Shown here one piece after another: positions 13,480-26,879 of a stretch of 64,000 bases of DNA. Both the position numbers and the translations under genes were made by a program. The notes below the pieces were generated by a model that saw only the letters and a program-made list of their open reading frames with translations, was not told the DNA's origin and did no database searches. Location of the stretch: contig MU058059.1 in NCBI GenBank assembly GCA_013265495.1, positions 1-64,000 on the forward strand, in the 5' to 3' direction. Each line of letters begins with the position of its first letter. The stretch's first letter is position 1. This DNA is from Vicugna vicugna. Lineage: Eukaryota.

Positions 13480-14120
13480 AATGTACTCATGATCCAGCAA
13501 GTCCACTTCTGGGCATTTATCAGAAGAAAATGAAAACACAAGTTTGGAAAGATATCTGCATCCCTGTGTTCACTGCAGCATTATCTGCAATACAACCTAA
13601 ATGCCTCTCAATAAATGAATGGATAAAGAAGATGTGGCAGAGATACACACAATGGAATATTACTCAGCCATAAAAAGGGACGAAATCTTGCCACTTGCAA
13701 CAACATGGATGGATCCAGAGGGTATTGAAGTGAAATAAGTGAAATAAGTCAGACAGAGAAAGACAAATACCATCTGATTCCATTTGTGTGGGGACTCTAA
13801 GAAACAAACAGACAAACAAAACAAAACAGAAACAGACTCATAGATACAGAGAACAAACGGATGGTTGCCAGAGGGGAGGGGAGTGGGGTTTGGGCGACGA
13901 AAGTGAAGAGGATGAAGAGGTCCAAACCTCCAGTTATGAAATGCAAAGTCACCAGGAGGCAGGACTAGAGTCAGTAAAACTGTAGTAACCTTGTATGGGA
14001 ACAGATGGTTACTAGGCTTACGGTGGAGATCATTTTGTAATGTATATAAATATCAAATCACTGTGTTGTACACTGAAACAAATATAATATTGTATGTCAA
14101 CCATAATATTTAAAAAAGAA
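13480..14120 (+). mobile_element. Older LINE-1 (L1MA-type) ORF2 end plus 3' UTR
   Basis: catgatccagcaagtccacttctgggcatttat...ggataaagaagatgtgg...aatggaatattactcagcc. Confidence 0.85.
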
Positions 14121-14324
14121 TGTACCCATGGGTGTGGGCTTGAAGACCTGGTTAGGCACTACTGTGTATGAGGATTCTGGAATATTCCATCACCCTGCCC
14201 AGTGGGTCAGCACTGTTGTCACTGGAATGGCAAGCTGGAGCCCAGCAGTGGTGGGACTGGCCTCTTGTTCTCGATGCTCTGGGAAATGCAGGTAGTTTCT
14301 AGTGACTGGACTCTGCCCCCTGAA

Positions 14325-14343
14325 TAGCGCCCCCTGCCGACAC
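14325..14343 (-). promoter_or_regulatory. CTCF core motif
   Basis: Minus strand GTGTCGGCAGGGGGCGCTA, close to the CTCF consensus CCACCAGGGGGCGCTA. Confidence 0.6.
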
Positions 14344-16171
14344 ATCACTGGCTACTACTGCTCCTTACAGCCACCCTGATGCCGTAATGAAGGTATGAAA
14401 GACGAGGTGACCGTGGGGAAAGGCATTTAACAATCTTGCTGTACCACAAAACACACAGGAATGCACATTTGTTGGCTCTGTGTTACATCAGCTTTTGCTG
14501 TAGAAATGCAGCAGTCGTAAAGCTCCTATTCAGAGAGAGAATAACTACCCACTCATCTGAACAAAAAGGGGGAAAAAAGGTTCTTCAGGAAGTGTGGAGA
14601 ATCATTAACTTCACAGATTCTGAACGGGAAGGATAATTGCCTGCACTATAAGGCAGGAACACATTTTTTAAACGTTTGTGAGCGAAATGGAGACATGCCC
14701 CATTAATCCATTATCACCAGAATCAAATAGCATTCAAATGACCACATGCACTCTGACTAAATCAATAAGGTGCAAAGATGGTAATAATTAGGACTGCTGG
14801 CAGTCAAAAGGCTTTTCCAGAAATGCGCTTAGATGTTGAAAAGACGACTTCGACCCACTTTTATTACCTTTGCACTGCAGTAAATTATAGTAATTTCTTA
14901 TGCCTCGAGTGGGAAAGAATGGAAAGATAATATTCACCCTCCTGAGGATGGTTTAACTTTTCTATAGAGAAGCACTGAACAATCATTTACTAACACATAA
15001 AAAGGGATAAAAGCTTTCTGGTCAAAATGTACTGTGTTATGGTAGCCACATAATAAATTATACATAGTCTGCTGTGGAAAATCCCAAGATCCTGATAAAT
15101 AATGTGTATGAAACACGGGCTGGGGAGCTGGGGATTAGGTAATAAATAAACAAAGCTTTCTTTTCATATGCTGCTGTCGGGAGAGCTAAGACTCGCCTCT
15201 TGTCCTTCCCTTTTCTAACCTCTGAATGCCCTTCCTCTTCTCTGGGTCTTTATTAATTGGCCTTTGTCGCTCCTCTAATGAAAAAGACACTTATGCTCTG
15301 CCCGGCTCTTTCCTGTGCCCAAAGGTCTACGCGGAGGCAAGCGTGAGTCCGTGTTGCCAAGGAGACGGGCCCGGCCCGCCAGGCGAGGCAGTCCCGCGGA
15401 GCGCCTGCAGGGGGCGGCCGACACCGTGGAACGAGCAGAGGGCTCTGGCTGCCCGGGGTTTCTGCACCTGTTGCAGGACAGGCACGAGGCAACTCTGCAA
15501 GAAAGGGGGCCTTCTAGGAAATCCAAGGTAATGCTCTCGAGTCGTTAAATATTAGCTCTTGGTGACTTAATCAAAGAATCAAAGGCGGTCAGGGGCCTGG
15601 ATTGATGGGACCATCTTTTCTAAGGCTCTTGTTTCCCAGACGCGGAATTGAGGCTCAGAGCAGGGAGGTCTGCGGTCCGACCGGCTAGTTAGCCACACAG
15701 CTGACGCTAGAACCTAAGTCTACCAACAGCCTGTCTTGGGCCCTTTGGAAAACTCAGGCGGCCCCTACCTATTTTTGTTTACAAGATAAATATATAACGC
15801 TGAAAGAACATTCCTCACTTCTGAGTTAGAATTTCTGGGATTTAAGCGGGAAGTGTCGAGGCTCAAGATAGGGGAGAAAAGCACAAATTTGAAACAAGGT
15901 AGAATTATGAATATATTGCAGTATCTGACTATTTTCTAACAGCCGTAGGCGCTGATGGTGAAAAGTTAACAAGCTAGGGTTTGGGGGGTTGTTTTGAATC
16001 TAGTTGTATCTGCCTGTTTTCTTTAGATATATTTAAACAAGGGGTCTTTTCTGGTGAGTTACACATGCAGGTGATCCTTCCGGGAATTTTACTATTATTC
16101 TCACCCCTTCCTCTGTGTCTGAGCCCCACCACAGGACACTTAATTCAGGCTCTCAGGGTATTTGCAAAAGT

Positions 16172-16328
16172 GAGCTGCTCAAAATTTGGTTCTAGCACCA
16201 GCATCGCCTGGGAGCTTGTTAGAAATGTCAAATTACAGGTCCCATTTCAGGCCTCCTGAATCAGCACCTGCATGTTAACAGGATTCCTGGGTGATTCTCG
16301 TACGCATAACAGTTTGGAGAGAACACCA
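16172..16328. mobile_element. MER5A-like hAT-Charlie element
   Basis: cagcatcgcctgggagcttgttagaaatg...ctgaatcag...ttaacaggattcctgggtgattc. Confidence 0.75.
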
Positions 16329-18999
16329 GCTGGGGCTGGAATCACTCTATCACTCTGGTGATTCTAGCAGGACTCCCCCTCTCCCCCTTTGCTCCTTATG
16401 CGGAGCTGGGCTTCTAGTTGTTACCTCGGTGTTCCTGCCAAGAAGGAACTTTAGCATCTTAAAAGGAAAGAGCATTACTTGTGCTTTAAAATTGGGCTGG
16501 AAGAATAGTGGGCTGGAGGAGTCCCTAACGAGTTCCCCATGGATTCTCTGATGGGACTTTTTTTTTATGTGGAAGAGCACTATGCTGAGATTATACACGG
16601 CAGGTTTGAAAGTTCTCCGATAAAGCTCGTGGAAGCTAACGAACCCGTTTCTTGGTGGGCTCTATTCCCAGTGCTTGACACCCTCGCTGGTAAGGAGTTA
16701 GGGTCCTAAGAGCCACACGAACTCTACCCAAGCTGGAAGGGCACTTGGTGGTAAACTAGTATTCACAGAGACCTCAGCTTCTCATTGGCTTTGTTTCTTT
16801 CCACCACCAAGTCTAAAATTGTGTTCTGTATGCAACAGGTGCCTACCTTGACAAGAGTAACAGCAGGTAAATATTTACTGAGTAGCCCCTATGCATGAAG
16901 TGCTGTCTGGGACCAAAATGTTTTCCTAATTAGTTAAAGTAGTTGATTGTGTGTTGTATCAGTACCAGGGTGTGGGTGAAGGACATTTTTGGATGAGCTG
17001 TTCTGAGGGGCCCATTCCACACAGAAACTCATGTGTCCATTTACTTCTTGGTGTATTTCCAGGTAGTTACCAATTTGGGGGACAAGTGAGTTGCTACATT
17101 ATAGTGCTATTAAAGTTGAGCGTTTGGGGACTTGTGGTATTAAATGCATGCTTGTTTGTTTGTTGATCCTATGTTAAGAAAATTGATAATGTAAATGTTA
17201 CTGTGCTTAGAAGAATATACTTTAGAAGTGTTTTTAGTGCATTACTTTATTCAAGTCTAAGAGTTTTGGCACTGGGGACTTTAGAAATAATCTGTCTAGA
17301 AGTTTCCAAATAGTAGAGTGAGAACCACTCCAATGCTCACTTGCCAGTTCTCTTGGTCGGTGGCCACTGCCAGTCCCTCATTTGGGGGGCTGGCTCCAGT
17401 GGGGAGGGGGGCCTGGAAAGCCCCTGTCACCTGCCCTGCCCATGTACCACAGTTATCTCCAGGTACGGAGCACCAGCGCCCATCTGTTCAGGGTCTTTGC
17501 AGGCAGTGATGGAAGGAAGATCCACCGCATCCTGCTCTAAAGTTGAGAGAGTCCGATGATACAGTGATGAATGAACCAATCTTAAATGCTGATGTTAAAT
17601 TCAGGAATGCCCTGGTTCCTCAAACAAATAGCGTCTGCCTTGATGATGGCATTTCGCTATTCATTAAGATCTTCTCTAATGACTGTTTTAAGGTTGTGGT
17701 AGAAAAGTTTTTATGAAGCAGATCGATGGAGAAATAGATGTGAATAGAAGGTTCGGCCAAAGGTGAGTTTAGCAGAGCAGCTTTTTCAAAGATACCTCTC
17801 AATGTAGACCTTGCTTTAAAGACCTAATATAACACAGCATGGTCTGATTAGGCATTCTGGACTCCAAGGTGATGTGACTGATTCTGATCAGGAGAAATTA
17901 CAGTTTCTCCTTCAAGGGTCAAATGTGGCCACAGGAGGGACTGGGCATATCCCATTGCCATAAATGGCATATTTAGCATCATACCCAGCGTTACAGTATC
18001 TTTTCTGTTTTTTGGCCTCTGCCAGCTTGCTGCTTCATTAAGATTGCAGATGACTTAAGATGGACTATTCTATTTTTTTAATGCTATGATTATCTCAAAA
18101 ATCTAACTCCAGATTCAGACCACTCTAGGCTATGAAGTTGGGCACCTGCTTTAAAATAGTCTAGAACTGGAAAGTTGGTTCCTCCTTGGTAACCCCCAGG
18201 GTGGAGAAACGGTCCTGGCCACAGGCAGCTAACCTCAGGAGATGTGTTTGGAGAGAAGCCACACAGACATTACTTTTAAATGTGAAGGTCATTCAGAACG
18301 TTGCTTTCCTGGCATTTCTGCAGCACAGACTAAGTAAGCAATGAACAATTTAGAGCTGGAATCAGTCCAGCTTCACGTATGCAGGTCTGACAACCTCTAA
18401 CAACACCTTGGCAGGTCTTCATCCCTCCGCCAACCCTTAGCCAAGCATCAAAGCCAAGTGAGGTCTCTTCTGCCCCGCCCTCTGCAGGGATGACTGCGAA
18501 CAAGCAGAAAGAGATGGTCCTGGAACAAAGATTAAGATCTGGCCTCTAGGGGAGATTACCTCTGTGTAATGAATAGGCAAAGTTTCTTTTGAAATCAGCA
18601 GAAATATGAGAGGCAGCATCATTACCAGGAAGAACACTCACCTGGGAACTAAGAGACTGACCTTCGGTTAGACTACTTAAACCGCTGGCTTCCATTTTGT
18701 CATCTGTTAGAGCAGAGGCGTGTTCATCTTAAGTGCCGGTGACCTTCCCTCTCAGCTACGGTCCTCTCTGTGCACCTGCCCCTGATGGGAGCTCTCAGAG
18801 GTGTGACTGGTACTGATGATGCTGAGAGCCTGCCCCAGACTGGTCACAAGTCAAAGCCTTTGGCCAATGCTTGGGCGCCTCTGCCTCCCCTGATGAGTGT
18901 CACTGCAGTCAGGACTGGGGCAAGGAATCTGTGGGTTCCCCCCCAGAGGCAAGGAGACCTAGTTGAGATAATCAGAAGTGGCATCTTCGAAACAGAGAA

Positions 19000-19490
19000 A
19001 GCACTGAAAACAAACCAATCAAGGTCTGAAAGGATATGAAGGACCTTAGATGCGTATTACTAAGTTTCAGAGGCCAGTCCGAAAAGGCTGCACACTGTAG
19101 GAGTCCGAGTTGGTGCCGTTCTGGGAAAGGCAGAACCACGGAGACGGGGAGAAGGTCCGCGGTGGCCAGGGGTTGGGCGGGAGAGGGTGGGGAGGCAGAG
19201 ATAGAAACGCAGAGGGTTTTCAGGGCAGGGAAGCTGCTCTGCATGACACTGCAGTGCTGGGTTACTATAGCTTCGTCACACTCATAGATTGTGCAACACG
19301 AAGAGCAAACCTTGGTGTGAACTATGGACCTTGGGTGGTAAAGATGTGTCAGTGCACGTCCCTCTCTGACGGGGGTTGTTGAAAATGGGGGAGGCTGTGT
19401 GTGTGTGCGTACAGGAGGGAGAAAGGAAATCGAAGTATATCTAAAACTGCTCTGAAAAGACTAAGTCTGAAAAAAAAAAAAAGAAAAAGA
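19000..19490 (+). mobile_element. Old LINE-1 (L1MB/MC-type) 3' UTR with poly(A)
   Basis: ccttagatgcgtattactaagt..gaggccagtccgaaaaggctgcacactgt...ttctgggaaaggcagaacc...gtgaactatggac; A tail at 19469-19490. Confidence 0.7.
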
Positions 19491-20649
19491 TGATAGAGCC
19501 TGGGGCGGGGGTGGTTGGGTTCTGAGCCTTGGTGGAATTAGCTGCTGGGAGGTCCTGGGTCAGATGGGCTGAGCTGATCAGTGCACACTGGCATCCTCCC
19601 TCCGTGACGCCAGCCAGGCAAGGTTACCTGCTCATTCAGCGACATGTGTTGACTCCCAGCTGTAAACCGGGTTCTAAGCTAGAGCCTGTGACATGAAATC
19701 TTTGGCTTAAGGCAGCCCACAGTATCAGGGGAAACAGACTAATAGTTGGACTGTAAAAATGCTGGGTGATTAATACTGAGATAAAGATTTCTGCCAGAAA
19801 TTATTAAACTGAGTTTCTAGTACAATTCTATACTGATGATTCGGATGGATGGTTTCAGCTACCCTGTTTGCTTGCGGATTGGATGCTGGAGGTGAAGGCT
19901 GGATCTGGTGGTCCAAGTTCTGGGGTAACTGCCTGCGGAGCTCTTGAACGACTTCTTCCCCTACTGATAAAAATCTAGCCAAATTCATGTTAATTGATTG
20001 CTAAATATTATTTATTTTTAACTGACTTTACATGCTATATGTTAGTAAATATAGTCTGCTCTGTTCTGTGAATACCAAAGACTGGTTAACTCAAGCAGAT
20101 TAGAGAAAGAAATAGATTCATGCTCTGCTAATACTTCTGCATAGCCTGACAGATGTTAGAAGTTATAAACTGCCGAGTTAAAGAGTAAGCGGAAGCACCA
20201 AAATATATGTTGCTGTTATTGGGACTCCGAGCTGAGAAATGAGACTTCTTTGCCAAGCCTCCTACCCCCATATCAGGCTGCTTACCTCCCCTGCTATCTC
20301 CCGGTAGCTGGCACCCCACCTCCGGCCTCCTACTTATTAGAAATAATTTGCCGCAGCTGTCTGAGGAAAGTTCTGCAGCAACGGCCAACTTCTGGGTTTT
20401 GGTCGCATCCATAAGCTGTTCTGATAACTCAGTGCCAGAAATTTCCTCTTGGCAAGGACTCAGGTCTCCTGTTTAAGCCTTAATAAAAGCCAGGGCCATG
20501 GCTCAAGTCTGCTGGGCACCCAAAGCCTCATCTGTCCTTCCCTCCTAGTGACAAGGTAATTAATCAGGAAGGCTGTGTAACGGTCAGGGAGAGAAGGACT
20601 CACGAGCGAGAACACATCTCGAGTGTCCCGGAGGCTCTCTGCCAATCAC

Positions 20650-21075
20650 TACCTCCTCTCTGCGCCTAAGGTTGCCCCTCTCCTGGCTTCTAACATCATG
20701 GGCTGGTTTCACCTGCTTTTTAAAAAATTTGTATTTACACGTTTATTTTTCAGTGGACTCTAGTCGACCTACAATGTTGTGTTAGTTTCTGGTGCAGAGC
20801 ATAGTGATTCAGTTACACACATACGGCGTTTGGCCTGCTTTTAACTGTAGAGGGGTGGCATCATAAGGCACGTATCCTTTATCCTTTGTGTGTCTGGCTC
20901 CTCTCACTCAACGAGATGTTTAGGAGAGTGGTCCTGGTTGCTGGGTGTAGCTGTCATTTATTTAACTGGTGGAAGTCTCCCACTGTATGCATACACTGTC
21001 ATTCATGCATCCATTCTATTGTTGATGGATGTTTTAGTCGCTTCCACTTTGGGGCTCTTAAAAGTAACACCACAC
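20650..21075 (-). mobile_element. Nested old L1 fragments
   Basis: tacaatgttgtgttagtttctggtg..agcatagtgattcagtt inside an older tgtgtctggctcctctcactcaac...tccattctattgttgatggat segment. Confidence 0.6.
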
Positions 21076-22355
21076 CGTCCACTTGGCCAAGGCACCTCAA
21101 CCCCTGACAGTTGTCACCTTGCCTGTGTTTCTAGTGGCACATGGTTTAACGGCCAGGGAAATGACCAGTGATCAGGCAGAGCGAGGAGGGAGGGAGGGGA
21201 GAGGAGGGTTTGTGTCATTCTTGAACTGGATCATCAGCCTCTGAGTAACAGATTGTGCCCAGAAGAGAAAATTACATTCAGAAGGGGAGTGTAAATCTTC
21301 GGAAATTGGGAAGAGTACGTGTGGCTGATTTTAAAGGAAAAGCTAACTTTTGCCTTTTCGAGGTTCCAGCCTCACACCCGCCACCGGAGCTCTTGTTTCC
21401 TGGGAGCACAGCTCTGGGAGGTCGGGACGGTGCGCTTACGCGCGCTAGTAGAGCTCAGTGGAGACGAATGCTCAGAAATTCAGGTCTCGTGTTTTTCCGC
21501 CTCACGGTATGACCGTGGCCTCAACCTGCATGCACGAGGCTGGCCTCTCGGAGGAACAAATGCACGAGTAACTTTTCACATGGGCCCAGTCCTTGGCTTG
21601 GGGACCTTGGCCGCTCTCGGGGCTACCTTGACTCTCCATCCTCTCCTAAAAGCAGCAGTGCTTTTCCTGCTCGCCCCAGTGCCCTGCCCTGCACCAGTGC
21701 CAGCATGTTTCTCTGGGGACACCGACTGGCTCTCTAGCCCTGAATGTGACGGGGGGGGGTTATGCAACACCTGCTCACTGGCCACTTCTGGAAACCAATT
21801 CAGAGATTCTTGGGGAAATGATTTTATTTTATTTTTTAATTTTTGGTTTTTTTGGAAAATTATTTTATATGTGTGTTTATAAGACTATTTTGAAGGCCCT
21901 CTACATTTTAGAAACTTGTCTTTCACTGATAGTTCACAGTTTCTCTTTAAATACCCATTCATAAACGTGGCTGGGGCAGACAGTGGGGATAGGGGCTTGA
22001 CATGGATGTTCAGAGGGAAATTCTCAGATATCGTCTAGTGACCACAAACTCCTCACAGGGGAGGGGCCATTTCAATATCAATCCATGAGATCCAAAGCGA
22101 TCATTTCAGGGAATAAACTGGAGGGAACACAGTGAAGAAAAATGCAGATCATTTTATACAAGTGATGGTGGAAGATACATCCACGTGGCTGGGGAGAGGG
22201 GCTAGCAGGGACTCCACAAGCTTGTGTCTCGTAAAATCCATGCCTTACAGTCCTGTTGGTTCTCGTTTCATATTGAAAATAAGGGAAAGAAAGCAATTCT
22301 CAGCCTTTGTACTTGGAATTTTTCATACAGTATTGTTTTGGTCATCTCCCCTTAT

Positions 22356-22357
22356 GA

Positions 22358-22396
<39 letters not shown>

Positions 22397-22471
22397 GAAG
22401 GAAGGAAGGAAGGAAGGAAGGAAGGAAGGAAGGAAGGAAGGAAGGAAGGAAGGAAGGAAGGAAGGAAGGAA

Positions 22472-22504
<33 letters not shown>
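22356..22504. repeat. Compound tetranucleotide repeat (GAAA)10(GGAA)20(GAAA)7
   Basis: Directly visible pure-purine tract of about 149 bp. Confidence 0.97.
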
Positions 22505-23460
22505 CAAGCTAAATGTCATTCCAAGGATGTTTGGGTAGAAAATTTGTTTTGGTTTCAAAAGGTGCTTCAGATTGAATTTGAGTATTGATTATCAAGACTG
22601 GGTCAGAAAAATGAGTTGCATTTGGATATTAAACACTGTTTCTTTCAACAGAATAGGACAATTAAGCCAATGATAGTTGGTCCCTTGGCCCCCAGTATTA
22701 AGAGGAAAAAGTTTACAAGAAGTGATTCTTCAGATCTGACCTAAGAGTCCAGGGGCAGGGGTGGGGAGATCCTGTTCTGAGATCAGGGGAGGGGTTGGTG
22801 TGTGTATGTCTGCAGAACCCAAATGGAATGAATCCCCTGAAAGCAAGTCCATTCTTTTATTTTTCCTTTTTTGCCAGTCCCTCACTATTGACTTACTCAA
22901 GAAGAATTTCTGATGAAACACACAGTATCTATAAGAGAAAAATTTAATTGTGCATATTGGGGTCCTGAACTAACTACCTTTTAAGCTGCACAGAAAAAGC
23001 AGGTCATGCCTCTCGTTTTAGCAGATGTGGGAAGAAAAGACCTTCCTGATGGCAGGATCGAGGCCAGCTGGGAAAGCAGGCTTCCTGACAGTGCGGCCTG
23101 GAGGCCCCGCTTTCTCAGGGATGCTGGGGAATCTCTTGCTAGAATCTCAGCAGAGAGACCCGTGCATGGCAGCAGCGTGTGGAGACACACACCTGTCAGA
23201 GGAGGCCAGTGTGCAAGGCTCCCGGAGCCAAACGCTACAATTGTGAAACAGAAAGGCTAAGCGTGGCTCTGGAAAAGAGAAACAGATCACCACTGCACTG
23301 GGGATAAAAATCCGCTGGAGTGCGGGCAGGGAAGCACGTGGGTAAAGACAAGGTCCAAGGCTTTAGGCACCAGAAGGGGGTATGTCGCCTGGGCGGCTTC
23401 CTCCCCCGGTTCCCCAGGTGTCCGGTCTCTGTGGGATTATTCACCATCCTCTTCCCTGGT

Positions 23461-23900
23461 TTTCTGTTCTTTCTTTCTTTCTTTCTTTTTAATTGAAGTA
23501 CAGTTGATTTACAACGCTGTGTTAGTTTCCGGTGTACAGCATAGTGATTCAGTTATACTTATATATTCCTTTTCATATTCTTTTTCATTAGAGGTTATTA
23601 CAAGCTATTAATATAGTTCCCTCCGCTATACAGTAGGACCTTTTATCTATTTTCTATATATGGTGTGTATCTGCTAATCCCATACTCCTAATTTATCCCT
23701 CCCCCATCCTTTCTCCTTGGGAACCATAGTGTGTTTTCTCGGTCTGTGAGTCTATTTGTAAATAAGTTCAATTGTACAACATTTGTTAGATTCCGTATGT
23801 GAGTGACAGCATATGGTACTTGTCCCTAACTTACATCACTTAGTATGCTAATCTCTAGGTCCATCCAGTTTCTGCAAAAGGCATTATTTCATTGTTTTCC
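23461..23900 (-). mobile_element. LINE-1 3' end
   Basis: (TTTC)n tail then aattgaagtacagttgatttacaac...ctctaggtccatcc. Confidence 0.88.
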
Positions 23901-24049
23901 TAGTTCTCTTTTCTGTCAAAGTTTGTTTCCCATTTTCTTTTTTCCCCCTCAAGCTGTCCTAGTCTCCAAAGAGATTCCGATCAGCCTCTGTGATGGTTGG
24001 TTGGTTGTTTGTATTTAAAACCCCGGGGATTCTGTTCCTGCGCCTCTGC

Positions 24050-24520
24050 TCAGGCGTCCAGTGAAGATACTTCCTCCCAGTCACCCGCAGCCCGCCCCCA
24101 GGGTCAGTGTGCGCTGTGATGAGGCTTCATATTTCTTACTCTCCTGCCGCCCCGGAGCCCACTGAGCCGCTACTGACAAGGAAAATGTGTGATGCCCGGG
24201 TTGGGTCTGGAGCCGGCGCCCTGAGCCAGAGCCCGGACAGGGGGCCTTCTGGACATCCTACCTTGCTGAAGACGAAATCAAGAAAGCAAATGGAGCGCTA
24301 GACTACTCTCAAGTGCAAAGCTCTCGGCGAAACCTGGGAACTCGGCACGTCCCGGGCTCCGCCGCCGCCTCCTCGGCCTCCTCTCCGCCGCCGGCCCCGC
24401 GCCCACGCCCTGCCTCTCGCCCGCCCTCCTGCTGTTCCTCCCGTCCGCAGCCACACTCCTGCCCCCAGGCTTTTTCCAGATTTGTAACGAGGCCCCCGCT
24501 TTTAACATCTGCCTCGCTTC
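24050..24520. promoter_or_regulatory. Small intronic CpG-rich, promoter-like patch
   Basis: CCG-rich tract 24350-24450 with GC-box-like sequences. Confidence 0.55.
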
Positions 24521-24647
24521 ATGGACTGAGAAAATAATGGCCACTGCCCTTCCCAGGATTTTTAGTAACCCAGGCAGCATTTGTGTTCACATCTTCTCTT
24601 GCCTGTAAACACCCTCCCGCTGAAGGAAGGAGCTCTGAAGGAGAGGC

Positions 24648-25612
24648 GTGTTAGTTTCCTATCGCTGCTGTAACAAATGACCTCAAACGGGGTGGCTTAA
24701 AACACACAGTTAGGATCCATCCCCAGTAGATCTGCTTTAAGACAAAAAAAAAAAAAGAGCTAGAGGCAGGTCTTCCCATGGAAGGATAATGATACCAGAA
24801 GGAAAACTAGCATGTGAGGAACTCAGAAAAGAGCAACTGAAATGGTAAATGTCTGGCTAGAGAGACTGTTTTTTACCTCTCAAGTTCTTTGAAAGCAAAT
24901 GCAGAACATCATTTAATGGGACTGTTAGTATGTGGAATGTAATAAATACTATGATTATAACAAAAAGTGGGGAGAGGAAGTGGCCTTATGTTTTGGGGGG
25001 AAATAGTAACTCTAAGTAGAAAGTGGAGAGTTAGATGTGTAATAAGTAATCCTGAAAATAACCATTCAACCATCTATACAAACAGAGTCACAAAGCCAGT
25101 AGACAAATTAAAAAGGAATACTAGTGCTGTTTGCATCATTCAAAGGAAGGAAGGAAAGACGACACAGAGGAACAGAATCATGCAAACAGGAGATCACGGT
25201 AACATTATAAATGTACATCCAGTCATATCTATAACTGCATTAAATGTAAATGATCAACCCCCCCCAACACACACATTTATTATCTTATAGTTCTGGAGGT
25301 AGGAATCCAAAATGGGTCTATGGCCACGATCAAAGAGTCAGCAGGGCTGAGTTGCCTGTGGATGTTCTAGGGAAGAATCTGGCCCCCTGCCTTTCCCTTC
25401 GAGAGGCAGCCTGTATTCCTTGGCTAGTGGTCCCTCCCTTCAGCTTCAAAGCCAGCAATGTAGCATCCTCCAATCTCTCTCTCTCTGACCTTCCTGCCTC
25501 CCTTTTCACAGGCATATCTTATGATTACATTTCCATCCCAAGATCCTTAACACATTTGCAAGGTCCTTCTGCCATGTCAGATAACACATGCACAGGACCA
25601 CAGACAGTTTTG
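24648..25612. mobile_element. MLT1 (MaLR) LTR pieces (24648-24708 and about 25268-25612) separated by old L1-like sequence
   Basis: ttagtttcctatcgctgctgtaacaaatgacctcaaac..ggtggcttaaaac and catttattatcttatagttctggagg...cttcaaagccagcaatgtagcatc. Confidence 0.6.
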
Positions 25613-26879
25613 GGGGGTTATTGTTTTACTTTCCACAGAGGCTGAGAGCTAAGATGGTTCCCACGCATTATGTTGGGCCAAATACTTCCATTTGACTTTT
25701 CTGATGATAACTAGATAGTCCCATATTTAGTACCAGGAGAGGAAAAGCAGCTACAGATAATAGAAACAAACCCGGAAGTAATCTCGAGATCAAACTTCAG
25801 TGCTGATTCCCAGATACAGGAAAATGAATTTACATTTGTCTGGTAGGTTTTATGGGAAGATAAGAGCCCGCGCTACTGACGTCTGATATGGCACCTGTAA
25901 CCTGAGGGTGTGGAAAAGTAGAGCATGGAGGGGACTCACTTTCAGAAGGTCATCTGGTGTTTGGGATCTTTTGACTCCAAAATTCCCCCTGAAATGGGTC
26001 ACTCTGGAAGGGACATGGAGAAGCCAAGGGCGTGAGGACTTTTAAGTTGTCTAACTCTTCTAGAACTCTCTTTTTCTAACTGAAACATGAGAGTTGGACA
26101 AGAGCTAAGTCCTCAGATTCCTTGCAGTGCTAAAATCTGATCATTTCAGGCAAAGATGATAATATTATGGGAAGAAAACAGGGAGGAAGCATTTTGAAAG
26201 ATGAAACTAGGGGAACTAACTCCCAAACAACAGAGGAAGTTAAATGTCTCTGCCTGCTCTTCCCCACTTAATCGTTTCCATCTTTGCTGTTCTGGAAAGA
26301 TAGGTTATCATACCTGTTCTGCCTTCAAAGGGAAAGACAAAGGAAAGCGAGTTATTTCTAGCCTACAAACATATTTCAAGCCTATAAGATGCTAAAAATA
26401 ATTTCTACTTGTTCAACACCCTTTCTTTATCTGAGGATTACAAACAACTCTAACTAGGGTTGTTTGGCAAATGGGAAATTTCGGGCTTTGAGTTAAAGAG
26501 TTTTTCAAAGTCAGTACACGTTGGCAGGCTCCTCTGGCACTGGGCGTTGTGTATCAGACGTAATCCTCCCAGGGGTGGCTTGGCAATCCTATCGGCAACA
26601 TTCTGGAATGACTGTTGTCATAGAATGTAGCCCTGACAAAGGATCACCACAAAGCCCATATGAGTACATGGAGAGAGGACAATGATTCAATGCTTGAGTG
26701 GAAGAAAGCAGAACACAAAATTATATGTCCACGATTGTAACTACCTAAAAAAGGATGCCTGTCCACAAAGCAGTAGGAAGACCTGCTAAACACAAACAAT
26801 GGCAGCCAACCCACCCCGGCAACGTGCTGACACCACAGCTGGTTCTTCCACTCGGCGTCTTTCAATGTTGTAGGTTATT

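Noticed and set aside
22132..22558. KERK/EGRK and SFLP ORFs
   Set aside because: Translations of the tetranucleotide repeat
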